24,000 bases of DNA from Pullulanibacillus camelliae (GTDB lineage: Bacteria > Bacillota > Bacilli > Bacillales > Sporolactobacillaceae), in assembly GCF_014642655.1 (NCBI RefSeq), contig NZ_BMIR01000001.1, positions 87,518-111,517 on the forward strand. Direction: 5' to 3'. The number at the start of each line of letters is the position of its first letter. Positions within the stretch are counted from its first letter, which is position 1. Shown here piece by piece: positions 9,779 through 18,974 of this stretch. The notes under the pieces are model-generated. The model saw nothing but the letters and a program-made list of their open reading frames with translations, was not told where the DNA came from and ran no database searches. The position numbers were made by a program, and so were the translations under genes.

Positions 9779-10423
9779 TCACGGCAATAATAATTGATGA
9801 AGCTGCTCATTACTCCCTTGAATGATGACAGAATGCTTCTCAGGTGTTAACCATTTTAAAAGTCTTAAAAGATTTTCCTCTGATACTGCCGTACAGCCTG
9901 CAGTATATCCATTGGGATCTGGCCAAATATGCAAAAAAATCGCGCTTCCCTTACCCGGTATCGCCTCTTCGTTATAGTCGATCACCGCAGCGTATTTATA
10001 CAACGGAATATGCAGTCTTTCAAAAGAATGCCAGCGCGCTTTTGGATCACCTTCATAAACCACCCAACGATTATAATCTTCAGAAGTTACATCATCTACC
10101 CAATAATCATGAGGCGACGTTTGCTTATAAGGAAGCCTGATTCCCTCAGGAGGGCTTTCAGTCCCAAAGCCTTGACTAATGGTGTATATGCCTGCAGGTG
10201 AGCGCATGCCACCCTCCTGCATCGCAAAAGTGATACCCTTCTTCCCAATCACCGCAGGCATCCTAAAAAGGTAGTGCCAGGTCTCCCCACCATATTCATA
10301 ACCTCTAAGTACTGCGGCTGAACGATTTTCTGCCTCCGCTGTTACAAACATCACCTGCTCCGCCTTGAAATAGCTTTTCACCTGCTCCAAGAGCCTGCGA
10401 TAAACCTCACTTCTGTTCGTCAT
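9779..10423 (-). CDS. L,D-transpeptidase catalytic-domain family protein (YkuD fold, COG3786-like)
   Basis: 214 aa counted from the ATG at 10423, with GGAGGAGG 7 nt upstream. The C-terminal motif GKGSAIFLHIWPDPNGYTAGCTAVSEENLLRLLKWL matches the His...Gly-Cys active-site signature of YkuD-type enzymes. No signal peptide is visible. Confidence 0.65.
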   Translation of the reverse strand: MTNRSEVYRRLLEQVKSYFKAEQVMFVTAEAENRSAAVLRGYEYGGETWHYLFRMPAVIGKKGITFAMQEGGMRSPAGIYTISQGFGTESPPEGIRLPYKQTSPHDYWVDDVTSEDYNRWVVYEGDPKARWHSFERLHIPLYKYAAVIDYNEEAIPGKGSAIFLHIWPDPNGYTAGCTAVSEENLLRLLKWLTPEKHSVIIQGSNEQLHQLLLP

Positions 10424-10751
10424 CCAAAAGCCTCCTCCTAATAAAAACACGGTGCTCGCCTTAACACTGGCAGCATCTATTGTTGCCTTTATCTTGTTGA
10501 ATCAGGAGATGCCTTGACTTCAGACTCCTTTTGGCTTCCTGATCCCGTTCCTGTCCGAAGAAATGCAGGGAGGTTATCTCATCTACTTTTTTAAGTATTT
10601 TACAAACAGTTACCCACAAATTGATGATTTCAATAATTTCTTAGTCAATTAGAAAACTTGGCTTGTCGCCAAGCTTTAATGGCGAAAGCTAAAGTTACAC
10701 TTATACTATCTTCCTTTATAAGCGTTAGCGGAGTTATACATTCTGATAGTA

Positions 10752-10787
10752 TAAAAAAAGTACCTAGAAACATTTCTTCTAGATACT
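10752..10787 (-). terminator. Rho-independent terminator of the UPF0718 permease gene
   Basis: The minus strand reads AGTATCTAGAA GAAATGT TTCTAGGTACT (11 bp with one G-U), followed by TTTTTTT. Confidence 0.8.
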
Positions 10788-10800
10788 TTTATGACAACAC

Positions 10801-11880
10801 TTATAAAAATATGGCACCCATACCACCAGCTATCACACCGAGCACAGCCACACTTAACCCCAAAAAGCCCAAGACTCTCCATGATAAAGCTTTGCGCACC
10901 ATAAGTGCAGAAGGAAGACTGATCACCGGCAAAACGATAGCGAGCACTGCCGCAGGACCGCCTCCCAAACCAAAATTCATAAAGGTTTGGATGATCGGAA
11001 TTTCCCCAGAAGTTGGGATAACAAATAACGTCCCAACGATAGCAAATAGTAATACTATGAGCAAGCTGTTTCCCCACTCAGGACCAATGGTCGGAAATAG
11101 CCATGCACGAAACGCACCTAAGACAAACACACTTAAAATATAAACCGGAATCGTAACAAGGAGAATACCTCCAATGCTTTTGAGCCATCGCAATCCAAAA
11201 TTGCCCTGAGGTGTAGCCCCTTGTTCAATATTATCAACAAATTGTTGGACATCCATATTTTTGACAGCCACTCGCCCCGCCAAATAGCTCACACCAAAGA
11301 CAAGAATGAGTCCAAAAATAAGACGTAATAAAGTAAACTTCCACCCAAGAGTAAAAAACATAAAGATTAAAACCGCTGGATTAAGCGCGGTATTGCCAAA
11401 CCAAAAGGCAACGGCTGCCGAGACGGAGCTCGATTGCTTTCTCATCCCAACGACAAGCGGCGCTGTGCAACACGTACACATCATTCCCGGCAAGGCAGAG
11501 AGACCGGCAATCACTGTACTTCCGTAAGAGGTTTTACCCAAGACTCTTCTGATCCAGTCCTTCGGTAAGGCTACCTGCACTAAAGATGCTAAAATAATCG
11601 CCACTAAATAGGCCTTCCAGATCGATTGAAAATAGCCAACACTAAAATCCCATGATGCTTTCCAAGATGGATTTGGTGCAGCTTGACCATCACCTGAAAT
11701 AGAAGATGAACCTATCACATGATCATGCGCAGCAATAAACGCTTTATGATAATAAGGATTCCATTTTGCCCAAAATAAACCCATAATAACTGCAATGAAA
11801 AAAATCACCACACCGATCAGCCATGCCTTATTGTGCCTTAAAGTCGGGCCAGCAGATAGAGTGTTTAATGGTTCCTTCAT
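10801..11880 (-). CDS. UPF0718 / ArsP-like family permease (COG0701)
   Basis: About 359 aa counted from the ATG at 11880, with GGGGG 6 nt upstream. It is polytopic. The cysteine-rich motif LPGMMCTCCTAPLVVGM is characteristic of this permease family. Confidence 0.7.
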   Translation of the reverse strand: MKEPLNTLSAGPTLRHNKAWLIGVVIFFIAVIMGLFWAKWNPYYHKAFIAAHDHVIGSSSISGDGQAAPNPSWKASWDFSVGYFQSIWKAYLVAIILASLVQVALPKDWIRRVLGKTSYGSTVIAGLSALPGMMCTCCTAPLVVGMRKQSSSVSAAVAFWFGNTALNPAVLIFMFFTLGWKFTLLRLIFGLILVFGVSYLAGRVAVKNMDVQQFVDNIEQGATPQGNFGLRWLKSIGGILLVTIPVYILSVFVLGAFRAWLFPTIGPEWGNSLLIVLLFAIVGTLFVIPTSGEIPIIQTFMNFGLGGGPAAVLAIVLPVISLPSALMVRKALSWRVLGFLGLSVAVLGVIAGGMGAIFL

Positions 11881-12046
11881 GGTCAACCCCCACAAATATC
11901 AAAAATAAATAACTCTATCATTCTACCGAATGCCTCGTATTTTGTCATCTGATATCACTTGGGAAAAGCATCCATCAAAGCAAGCTTATACTACTTAGGG
12001 ATTGACTTATACAAGGTCAGTTTTTCTTATTTCAATCAAGCAAGCC

Positions 12047-13105
12047 TTATAGCTTTTTATAAGACAAACAAACGGGTTTTTTAATCGTATAGGTATGACC
12101 ATTAGCGACTGGCACACCTTCATCATTGATATCCATAACGACAATTGAATCGGAATCTTGGTTGGCTACAAGAAGATGCTTCCCTGATGGTGTAATGAGA
12201 AAATTTCTCGGCGTTTTCCCTAAAGTCGGCGTAAACACTTTATTTTCCAATTTTCCATTTTCCGAAATGTTGAAGGTAACAATGCTATCATGGCCACGAT
12301 TTGAGGCATAAAGAAACCGGCCATCCGGACTCAAGTGAATATCCGCCGCAGTATTCTCTTCATCAAATCCTTTAGGCAATGTGCTGATTGTGTCGAGCAA
12401 ATGGAAGTGTTCTTGATCATCAACCGCATACACTGCAATCGTTGAATTTAATTCATGGAGAATGTAAATCAGACGTTTATTGGGATGGAATGCCACATGC
12501 CTCGGTCCTGACCCTGGGGTCGCTTCAATTTGATCATTAAGAATCCAATGATGCTTCCCATCTTCTGCCTCATTCCGATAAATATAAACATGATCCGTAC
12601 CTAAGTCTGTGACTAATTGATCTCTCGTCGCTGGGACGGTTACGATCGTATGAGGATGCGGTGCCTCTTGACGTTCAGCGTGCACACTATGGCCAGAGTG
12701 CGTGATGCTATCCATAATTGGCCCAACAGAGCCCTTGTCTTCTATCGGAAAAGCCAATACGTTTCCACCTAAATAATTGACTGTAAACACGTAGTGTTCC
12801 GACGGATCAAGGCTAACAAAACACGGTGCCGCTCCTTTAGTCGATTGGCGATTGATTTCCTGCAGCTTTTTCTCTTCTTTGTCAAACCCATAAGCGACTA
12901 GTTCACCCTCTTCAACCTCACTAACAGCATAAAGCCTTTCTCCTGTGCTATTCATTGTTAGGTAGGAAGGTGCTTCAATACCAGAAATGCCTGTAAAATA
13001 TTCCAAGCTGCCAGTTTGTGAATCAAAACGCAACACTTGAATGGCTTCCTCATCGCTCGACATATAGGAGCCTACAACAACAACCTCCACCGCATGTGTC
13101 CCCAT
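12047..13105 (-). CDS. pgl: Lactonase, 7-bladed beta-propeller family (6-phosphogluconolactonase YkgB/Pgl-like)
   Basis: 352 aa counted from the ATG at 13105, with GGAGGGA 6 nt upstream. Family-typical stretches include VVVGSY, APSYLTMN, PCFVSLDPSEHYVFTVNYLGG, GPRHVAFHPN, LYASNRGHDSIVTF and PRNFLITPSGKHLLVANQDSDSIVV. Confidence 0.8.
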   Translation of the reverse strand: MGTHAVEVVVVGSYMSSDEEAIQVLRFDSQTGSLEYFTGISGIEAPSYLTMNSTGERLYAVSEVEEGELVAYGFDKEEKKLQEINRQSTKGAAPCFVSLDPSEHYVFTVNYLGGNVLAFPIEDKGSVGPIMDSITHSGHSVHAERQEAPHPHTIVTVPATRDQLVTDLGTDHVYIYRNEAEDGKHHWILNDQIEATPGSGPRHVAFHPNKRLIYILHELNSTIAVYAVDDQEHFHLLDTISTLPKGFDEENTAADIHLSPDGRFLYASNRGHDSIVTFNISENGKLENKVFTPTLGKTPRNFLITPSGKHLLVANQDSDSIVVMDINDEGVPVANGHTYTIKKPVCLSYKKL

Positions 13106-13188
13106 CGCTCTTCCCTCCATTTTCTAAATGATTATTGACACAATCATCACTTTACACCGGGTCCGTTCTTATAAACATTGTAATAAGA

Positions 13189-13211
13189 GGCTGGCTCATA
13201 ATGAGTCAGCC
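13189..13211 (-). terminator. Possible terminator hairpin after the fructokinase gene
   Basis: The minus strand reads GGCTGACTCAT TAT GAGCCAGCC with one imperfect pair. A weak U-tract (CTCTTATTA) follows. Confidence 0.35.
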
Positions 13212-13225
13212 TAGTGTCTGCTTCT

Positions 13226-14119
13226 TTAGATGTTAGCCTTTTCCGAGGCACGCTCTGCCTGTTTTGCTAAAATCAATCCGCCCGTGATCCCGGCATGGTC
13301 TCCCAGTCCTGGCGGAACGATGTAGCTCTCAATAGCCTCTGTCACTTCTGGCAAGGCAAGATAGCCATTTAATAACGCTTTTACCTTGTCCTGTATGAGC
13401 GGAAATAGTTGTTTTTGCTTCATAACACCACCGCCAAGGATGATTTTCCTTGGAGACAGGATTAATATATATTGCATTAAGGCTTCAGCAATATAAAAGG
13501 CTTCAAGCTCCCACACGTCTTTACGATCGGATAATGCAACACCTTTTTGTCCCCAACGTGCTTCGATTGCTGGCCCTGCAGCTAAGCCTTCTAAACAGCC
13601 TTTATGGTAGGGGCATTTCCCCTCATAAGTGTCTTTTGGATGTCTAGGAATAAGAATATGTCCCATTTCTGGATGTGAAAGCCCCGATAAGAGCTCGCCA
13701 TGTACAACTGCACCCGCTCCAACCCCTGTCCCAACAGTAATATAAAGACAGCTATCCAAACCTTTCGCGGCCCCTAACGTCGCTTCTCCGAGGGCAGCTG
13801 CATTAACATCTGTATTAAATTCAATAGGAATAGGAAAAGCCTCTTGAATGGTTTGAACAAGTGGATAATCCCGCCAGGCCAGCTTAGGTGTAGACGTGAT
13901 GTTGCCATAAGTCCGACTGCCCTTATCAATATCAACGGGTCCAAAAGAGCCGATGCCCATCGCCTTTAGCGAATATTGCTTAAAAAAATTGATCACTTTC
14001 GGCATTGTGACTTCTGGTGCTTCCGTTTTGATTTGTATGGCCTCTTGGATGTCTCCTTGATCATTTCCTACAGCACAAACAAATTTAGTTCCACCCGCTT
14101 CAATTGATCCATAATACAT
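13226..14119 (-). CDS. ROK family fructokinase (GmuE/YdhR-like)
   Basis: 297 aa counted from the ATG at 14119 (MYYGSIEAGGTKFVCAV), with AAGGGTGA upstream. The ROK zinc motif is GHILIPRHPKDTYEGKCPYHKGCLEGLAAGPAIEARWG. From memory there is high similarity to the Bacillus fructokinases GmuE/YdhR. Confidence 0.85.
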   Translation of the reverse strand: MYYGSIEAGGTKFVCAVGNDQGDIQEAIQIKTEAPEVTMPKVINFFKQYSLKAMGIGSFGPVDIDKGSRTYGNITSTPKLAWRDYPLVQTIQEAFPIPIEFNTDVNAAALGEATLGAAKGLDSCLYITVGTGVGAGAVVHGELLSGLSHPEMGHILIPRHPKDTYEGKCPYHKGCLEGLAAGPAIEARWGQKGVALSDRKDVWELEAFYIAEALMQYILILSPRKIILGGGVMKQKQLFPLIQDKVKALLNGYLALPEVTEAIESYIVPPGLGDHAGITGGLILAKQAERASEKANI

Positions 14120-14272
14120 TGTATTCACCCTTTTAATTAGAAAACAACATGGTTCATCAAAGTAAAACATCATGAGCTTTCTTCTTATATAAAAAATTCA
14201 GTAAAACAAAGCGTTATCATTGATCACACTACTCTTATTATACAATCTTTTCTACTTCTTGAAAGGGTTTTT

Positions 14273-15091
14273 TTAAGAACGACGATCGGTCAATTCTCGT
14301 AACCCATTACTTAGCATATAAAATCCAAGCACTATAAATGTAATGGTGAGCCCCGGAGCCAGCGCATACCATGGATCATCCGTGATGTACTCCTGAGACT
14401 CACTTAACATCCTGCCTAGGCTCGGGTCAGGAGGCTGTACGCCTAAACCGAGATAACTTAGTGAGCTTTCTGCGAGTAAAGCACCAGCAAAGGCTACTGA
14501 GCCTGCGACAATCAATTGCGAATAAATATTAGGCATGATGACTTTGAAAATAATACGAAGAGGCGAAACCCCTATCGACCGAGCAGCGACCACATAATCT
14601 AAATCCTTATTCTGCATGAAGCCACTGCGCACGATCCTTGCAATACTTGGTGTAGCGAGCACACCAAGAGCAAGAGCCGTATCCGTAATCCCTGTGCCAA
14701 ACACAGCAACAATCATGATGGCAAGGATAATCCCTGGGAAAGCCATGAGTGCATCGATAAAGCGCATGACAATTTCATCGAACCAGCCACCCAAATAACC
14801 TGCTAAACCACCGATTATTGACCCGAAGAAAAGCCCGATGACCACAACAACAGCACCGACAAAAAAAGCGGTCTGCGTACCAGTCATAATCCGACTTAAA
14901 GTATCTCGCCCAAACTTATCCGTGCCCAGCCAATGGGCACTGCTTGGTGGCTGCAATTTATTGGCGACTTGTATTTTATTTACATCATAGGGTGTATAAA
15001 AAAAGCTAATGACCATGATCGTTAAAAAGAAGAGGAGTATAGTGCCACCAATGATGAGGTTCATGTTTCTCTTTTTCTTGCTATGTATCAT
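14273..15091 (-). CDS. ABC transporter permease, Opp/Dpp/Nik (PepT) family, DppC-like
   Basis: 272 aa with 6 TM helices. WLGTDKFGRDTLSRIM is the typical OppC/DppC N-terminal motif. GAGGA lies 7 nt upstream. Confidence 0.9.
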   Translation of the reverse strand: MIHSKKKRNMNLIIGGTILLFFLTIMVISFFYTPYDVNKIQVANKLQPPSSAHWLGTDKFGRDTLSRIMTGTQTAFFVGAVVVVIGLFFGSIIGGLAGYLGGWFDEIVMRFIDALMAFPGIILAIMIVAVFGTGITDTALALGVLATPSIARIVRSGFMQNKDLDYVVAARSIGVSPLRIIFKVIMPNIYSQLIVAGSVAFAGALLAESSLSYLGLGVQPPDPSLGRMLSESQEYITDDPWYALAPGLTITFIVLGFYMLSNGLRELTDRRS

Positions 15092-15101
15092 TGTTCTATC
15101 C

Positions 15102-16043
15102 TCACTTTAATCGGATTCTCGGATCTAGCACACGATATAACAGATCCACTATAAAATTAATGCATACGACAACAAAGGCAATATACAATACAAGGCCTTG
15201 GACAACAGGGAAATCCCTGCCGCTGACCGATGTAATAAGCAGCGTCCCTATTCCAGGAAGTGAGAACACTTGCTCCACAACGATTGTACCAGCAATGACT
15301 TCAGCAAGTATGAGTCCAAAAACGGTCAAAACGGGGATTAAAGAATTCCTCAGGATATGCTTAAATAATGTGGCCCGTTCCGTTGCGCCTTTTCCTCGTG
15401 CCGTCCGGACATAATCCATGGTGGTCTGCTCTAAGATCTCATTGCGTACATAGCGAAAACAAACAGCGATTTGTGGGATAGCAATCGTTAGTGCTGGCAA
15501 CAAAAGCGAGCCAAGTGCACCAAAGAAGCTTTCTCCCCATGGAATGTAACCTCCCGGAGAAAACAAACGAAACATTGATCCGAATAGGATCATTAACAGC
15601 ATGCCAACAAAAAAAGTAGGAATCGCCATCCCGACTTGTGTGATGGAAGATAGGATGATGTCTCCCCAGCTATTTTTGCGAATGGCCGCTAGAACACCTA
15701 AAGGGATAGAAACGAATACAACAATCACTAAAGACATGAGCGCCAAAGAAAAAGTAAGCGGCAACCGGGCAAGGATCAATGTTTTTACCGGCATAGAAAA
15801 ACGCAAGGATTCTCCTAAATCTCCTTTTACAAACCCCTGAATAAGATGAATATATTGCTCGAATAACGGCTGATCAAGGCCTAGTTGATGACGCACCGCT
15901 GTGATACGGGCTGGGTCTGCATCTGGTCCCAGCATGATTTGAACAGGATCTCCTGGTAAGATACGAAAGACTAAAAAGGTAATAATGGAGATAAAAACGA
16001 GAGTGAGACATAAAAATACAAGGCGGCGCAGGATATAAGCCAT
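15102..16043 (-). CDS. ABC transporter permease, Opp/Dpp/Nik (PepT) family, DppB-like
   Basis: 313 aa. MAYILRRLVFLCLTLVFISIITFLVFRILPGDPV is a classic DppB/OppB N-terminus. The EAA-like loop is YVRTARGKGATERATLFKHILRNSLIPV. AAGGAG lies 9 nt upstream. Confidence 0.9.
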   Translation of the reverse strand: MAYILRRLVFLCLTLVFISIITFLVFRILPGDPVQIMLGPDADPARITAVRHQLGLDQPLFEQYIHLIQGFVKGDLGESLRFSMPVKTLILARLPLTFSLALMSLVIVVFVSIPLGVLAAIRKNSWGDIILSSITQVGMAIPTFFVGMLLMILFGSMFRLFSPGGYIPWGESFFGALGSLLLPALTIAIPQIAVCFRYVRNEILEQTTMDYVRTARGKGATERATLFKHILRNSLIPVLTVFGLILAEVIAGTIVVEQVFSLPGIGTLLITSVSGRDFPVVQGLVLYIAFVVVCINFIVDLLYRVLDPRIRLK

Positions 16044-16085
16044 TCCTCGTCACTCCTTTATATTCTAAAAATCAGCAACAGTTTA

Positions 16086-16106
16086 GTGGGGAGCTAAAAG
16101 CTCCCC
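16086..16106 (-). promoter_or_regulatory. Strong intercistronic stem-loop between the binding-protein and permease genes
   Basis: TGGGGAGC TAAAA GCTCCCCA forms 8-9 perfect bp. No U-tract follows directly on the minus strand, so this is a processing or stabiliser hairpin rather than a full terminator. Confidence 0.5.
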
Positions 16107-16160
16107 ATTATTTGCACTATCTATGAATGTATGACTTGTGTTTGTTCCAATCCTTTTCTC

Positions 16161-17684
16161 TTATTTAGCAGGCTTTATATGAGCGAGATCTAAATAATAA
16201 ATCGGATATTTAGTGAACCCAGTAAACTGTTTATTCAACGCCCACTCTGTCTGATAATCACAAATAAATACAGCAGGGGCTTGTTGACTGAGTTCTTCCT
16301 GTGCCTGTTTATACAAGGCGACACGCTTATCCTCACTGGATTCATTTAAAATCTGACTCATTAATGTATCGAATTTTTCATCACTGAAATTCATCATATT
16401 TTCCGGGTCATTGGAGCGATACTGGCTCAATGTATCAAAAGGGCTTAGCTTACCAGTAAAGTCGATAATCGTGGCTTCATAGTCTTTCTGTTTATAGACA
16501 TCATCAAGCCACTTTGCCCACTCAATCACATTTATTTTAGCATGGATACCGATCTGTTTAAGCTCTTCAACAATGACTTGTGCAGCCTCGGAATAGACCG
16601 GACTATGTGAGCTGACTGTGATCGTCATTGAAAAGCCGTTGCTGTATCCCGCTGCTTTTAATAACTGTTTAGCTTTTTTCACATTGGGCTGATAATCCCC
16701 TACCGTTGACTTATCAAAATATTTACCCATGGCAGGGCTCATATGTGAACCTAGCTTCGAACCATGTCCTGAAAAGGCCGCATCAATGATGTCCTGCTTG
16801 TTCACCACATCATTAATTGCTTGACGCACACGAACATCATTAAAAGGCTTTTTAGCATTATTAAACCCCATTAAAAAGACAGCATTGCTATTCTGAGGAA
16901 TAATATTAAAAGCGTTCTTAATTTCATCCACCTTATGTGCCGGTACACTTGTCAAATCTAAGTTGCCTGATTTTAAACTCATGAAGGCTGCATCATCATC
17001 CGGTTGGTAAGAGAATGTCACCTTATTCAAATAAGGCACACCTTTTTTCCAATAATCATCGAATTTTTCCAAAACGAGCTTATTTTCCGGTTTATATTCT
17101 ACGAATTTGAAAGGTCCTGTCCCGATAGGATGCGTATTCTGTTTGGCATCATTCTTTTTATCAAGAATGGCTGCATCAACAGCGGTCAACTCGGTTAAAA
17201 ACGGTGAATACGGTTTTTTCAGCTTAATCACAATCGTTTGATCATCAGGTGCTGTGACAGACTTGATAATGGCCGCCAAACTGCTGGACAAAGGTTGGCC
17301 TGTCGACTTACCCGTCAATCGATCAAAAGAATATTCCACATCTTGCACAGTAACAGGATCCCCATTATGAAACTTTATGCCGGGCCTCAGTTTAAACGTA
17401 TAAGTTAATCCATCCTCTGACATTTTATAAGACTTAGCGACGCCTGGCTCAATGCCACCATTTGGCGCGGGGTTCACTAACCCTTCAAAGACATTAAGCA
17501 TCATCTGAAAGGTAAGTGAAGCAGTTGCCTTATGCGGATCAAGAAAATCAGGATCAGCCATCATCCGAACGGTGATGTCTTTTTTTGGCTTACCACTCTG
17601 CTGCGACTCAGAGTGACCAGAACACCCAGCCATTAAGAAGGTCATCGCCGCAATGGCTAGTAACATGTATACATACTTTCGCAT
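16161..17684 (-). CDS. ABC transporter substrate-binding lipoprotein, solute-binding family 5 (peptide/nickel/oligosaccharide type)
   Basis: 507 aa. The lipobox is LMAGCSG. Family-5 features include RMMADPDFLDPHKA, FKLRPGIKFHNGDPVTVQDVEYSFDRL and GTGPFKFVEYKPENKLVLEKFDDYW. Confidence 0.9.
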   Translation of the reverse strand: MRKYVYMLLAIAAMTFLMAGCSGHSESQQSGKPKKDITVRMMADPDFLDPHKATASLTFQMMLNVFEGLVNPAPNGGIEPGVAKSYKMSEDGLTYTFKLRPGIKFHNGDPVTVQDVEYSFDRLTGKSTGQPLSSSLAAIIKSVTAPDDQTIVIKLKKPYSPFLTELTAVDAAILDKKNDAKQNTHPIGTGPFKFVEYKPENKLVLEKFDDYWKKGVPYLNKVTFSYQPDDDAAFMSLKSGNLDLTSVPAHKVDEIKNAFNIIPQNSNAVFLMGFNNAKKPFNDVRVRQAINDVVNKQDIIDAAFSGHGSKLGSHMSPAMGKYFDKSTVGDYQPNVKKAKQLLKAAGYSNGFSMTITVSSHSPVYSEAAQVIVEELKQIGIHAKINVIEWAKWLDDVYKQKDYEATIIDFTGKLSPFDTLSQYRSNDPENMMNFSDEKFDTLMSQILNESSEDKRVALYKQAQEELSQQAPAVFICDYQTEWALNKQFTGFTKYPIYYLDLAHIKPAK

Positions 17685-17942
17685 TTGAACGTCATCCTTT
17701 TAACATTTTGTTAAATTGGTATTTTAATTCCTATAAGTTGGGTGGACATCTGCATAATCTTCTTCAACCTTGCTAGAGCCATCCTCCGCTTCTTATAGAT
17801 TCTACGTCGATTATATACAAGGGGGGCTTGAAGGTCGAATACTAACCACTAAAATAAATACTTCCCCTCAACTATAAGTGATTTCGTTGTGTCATAACAG
17901 TCTTTCATAGAAATTTTTTTCTGATTCAATATTATTTAAGTA

Positions 17943-17970
17943 TTGTAATATTTTCGAACACTATTATAAT
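17943..17970 (+). promoter_or_regulatory. Sigma-A-type promoter of the BASS transporter gene
   Basis: TTGTAA (17943-17948), then a 16-nt spacer, then TATAAT (17965-17970). It lies 35 nt upstream of the ATG, and the SD GGGAGAGAG sits in between. Confidence 0.55.
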
Positions 17971-18004
17971 TTAAAGATATCTAAAAACAAGGGAGAGAGA
18001 AGTC

Positions 18005-18970
18005 ATGAAAACTTTAGAAGCTATCAGTCGTTTTTGTGGGAATACGTTCGCCATATGGGTTATCCTTTTTGCAATTTTAGGCTTCATTTTCCCTAGCGGC
18101 TTTACTTGGATTGGACCTTATGTACAAATTTTACTTGGCATCATCATGTTTGGTATGGGACTGACACTAAAAGTCCAAGACTTTAAAGAAGTCTTTAGAA
18201 GACCAAAGGATGTCGCTATTGGCGTCGTCGCTCAATTTGTCATCATGCCTCTATTAGCCTTTTTACTCGCCAATTTCTTACCTGTCTCTAAGGATGTTGC
18301 TGTTGGTATCATTTTAGTCGGAGCCTGCCCTGGTGGAACGGCCTCCAACGTCATGACGTATCTGTCTAAAGGAGACACCGCCTTATCTGTTGCAATTACA
18401 TCTGTATCTACAATACTCGCGCCCTTGCTTACGCCATTTATCATTCTTTTATTAGCGAGTAAATGGGTCGCTGTCGATCTTGGCTCACTTGTCTTATCGA
18501 TCTTAGAGATTGTCATCATACCGATTTTATTAGGCATTATGGCTAGACTCCTTCTCAAAAGTAAAATCGAAGCTGGAGTCACCGTTCTTCCCCTTGTCTC
18601 AGTTATCGCAATTATTGCGATTGTTGCTGCGGTTGTCAGCCTAAGCAATGAGCAGATCGCTAAAACTGGCGCCATGATTTTTGTCGCTGTCATTTTACAC
18701 AATGTTTTAGGACTCATTATCGGTTTTCTAGCGGCAAAGCTCATGCGGATGACACCCGCCAAACAAAAGGCTGTATCCATTGAAGTAGGCATGCAAAACT
18801 CCGCCCTTGGTGCTACACTTGCTCAAGCACACTTTTCACCACTCGCTGCGGTGCCAAGCGCAATCTTTAGTGTCTGGCATAACATTTCAGGTCCAATCAT
18901 CGCTACACTCTACCGCAGATTTATAGATAACGGGCCAGAGCAAGAGGAAACCACCAAACGCATTTCATAA
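18005..18970 (+). CDS. Bile acid:sodium symporter (BASS) family transporter, YocS-like
   Basis: 321 aa and polytopic. GIIMFGMGLTLKVQDF, ILVGACPGGTASNVMTYL and IEVGMQNSALGATLA are BASS signature regions. Confidence 0.85.
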   Translation: MKTLEAISRFCGNTFAIWVILFAILGFIFPSGFTWIGPYVQILLGIIMFGMGLTLKVQDFKEVFRRPKDVAIGVVAQFVIMPLLAFLLANFLPVSKDVAVGIILVGACPGGTASNVMTYLSKGDTALSVAITSVSTILAPLLTPFIILLLASKWVAVDLGSLVLSILEIVIIPILLGIMARLLLKSKIEAGVTVLPLVSVIAIIAIVAAVVSLSNEQIAKTGAMIFVAVILHNVLGLIIGFLAAKLMRMTPAKQKAVSIEVGMQNSALGATLAQAHFSPLAAVPSAIFSVWHNISGPIIATLYRRFIDNGPEQEETTKRIS

Positions 18971-18974
18971 CTAG

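Noticed and set aside
10424-10650. A c-di-AMP (ydaO-type) riboswitch upstream of the cell-wall-related L,D-transpeptidase-like gene
   Set aside because: Only a vague ACGGGAU resemblance is present. The conserved ydaO elements as I recall them (paired GGGGA/CCCA segments, the CCGAACCC and AGCUAACC regions) are absent.
10658-11143. A 161-aa plus-strand ORF and a 123-aa minus-strand ORF (10706-11077)
   Set aside because: They are antisense to or out of frame with the UPF0718 permease. The 5' part of the plus-strand ORF runs through the terminator hairpins.
17685-18004. A replication origin, suggested by the switch from mostly minus-strand to plus-strand genes near 17.7-18.0 kb
   Set aside because: There is no cluster of DnaA boxes. 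Only scattered one-mismatch TTATCCACA-like 9-mers occur elsewhere, for example near 2723, 5335 and 9770. No dnaA, dnaN or rpmH context is present, and both arms contain genes in the opposite orientation.
18232-18792. A 186-aa minus-strand ORF
   Set aside because: It is antisense to the BASS transporter gene and has no SD.
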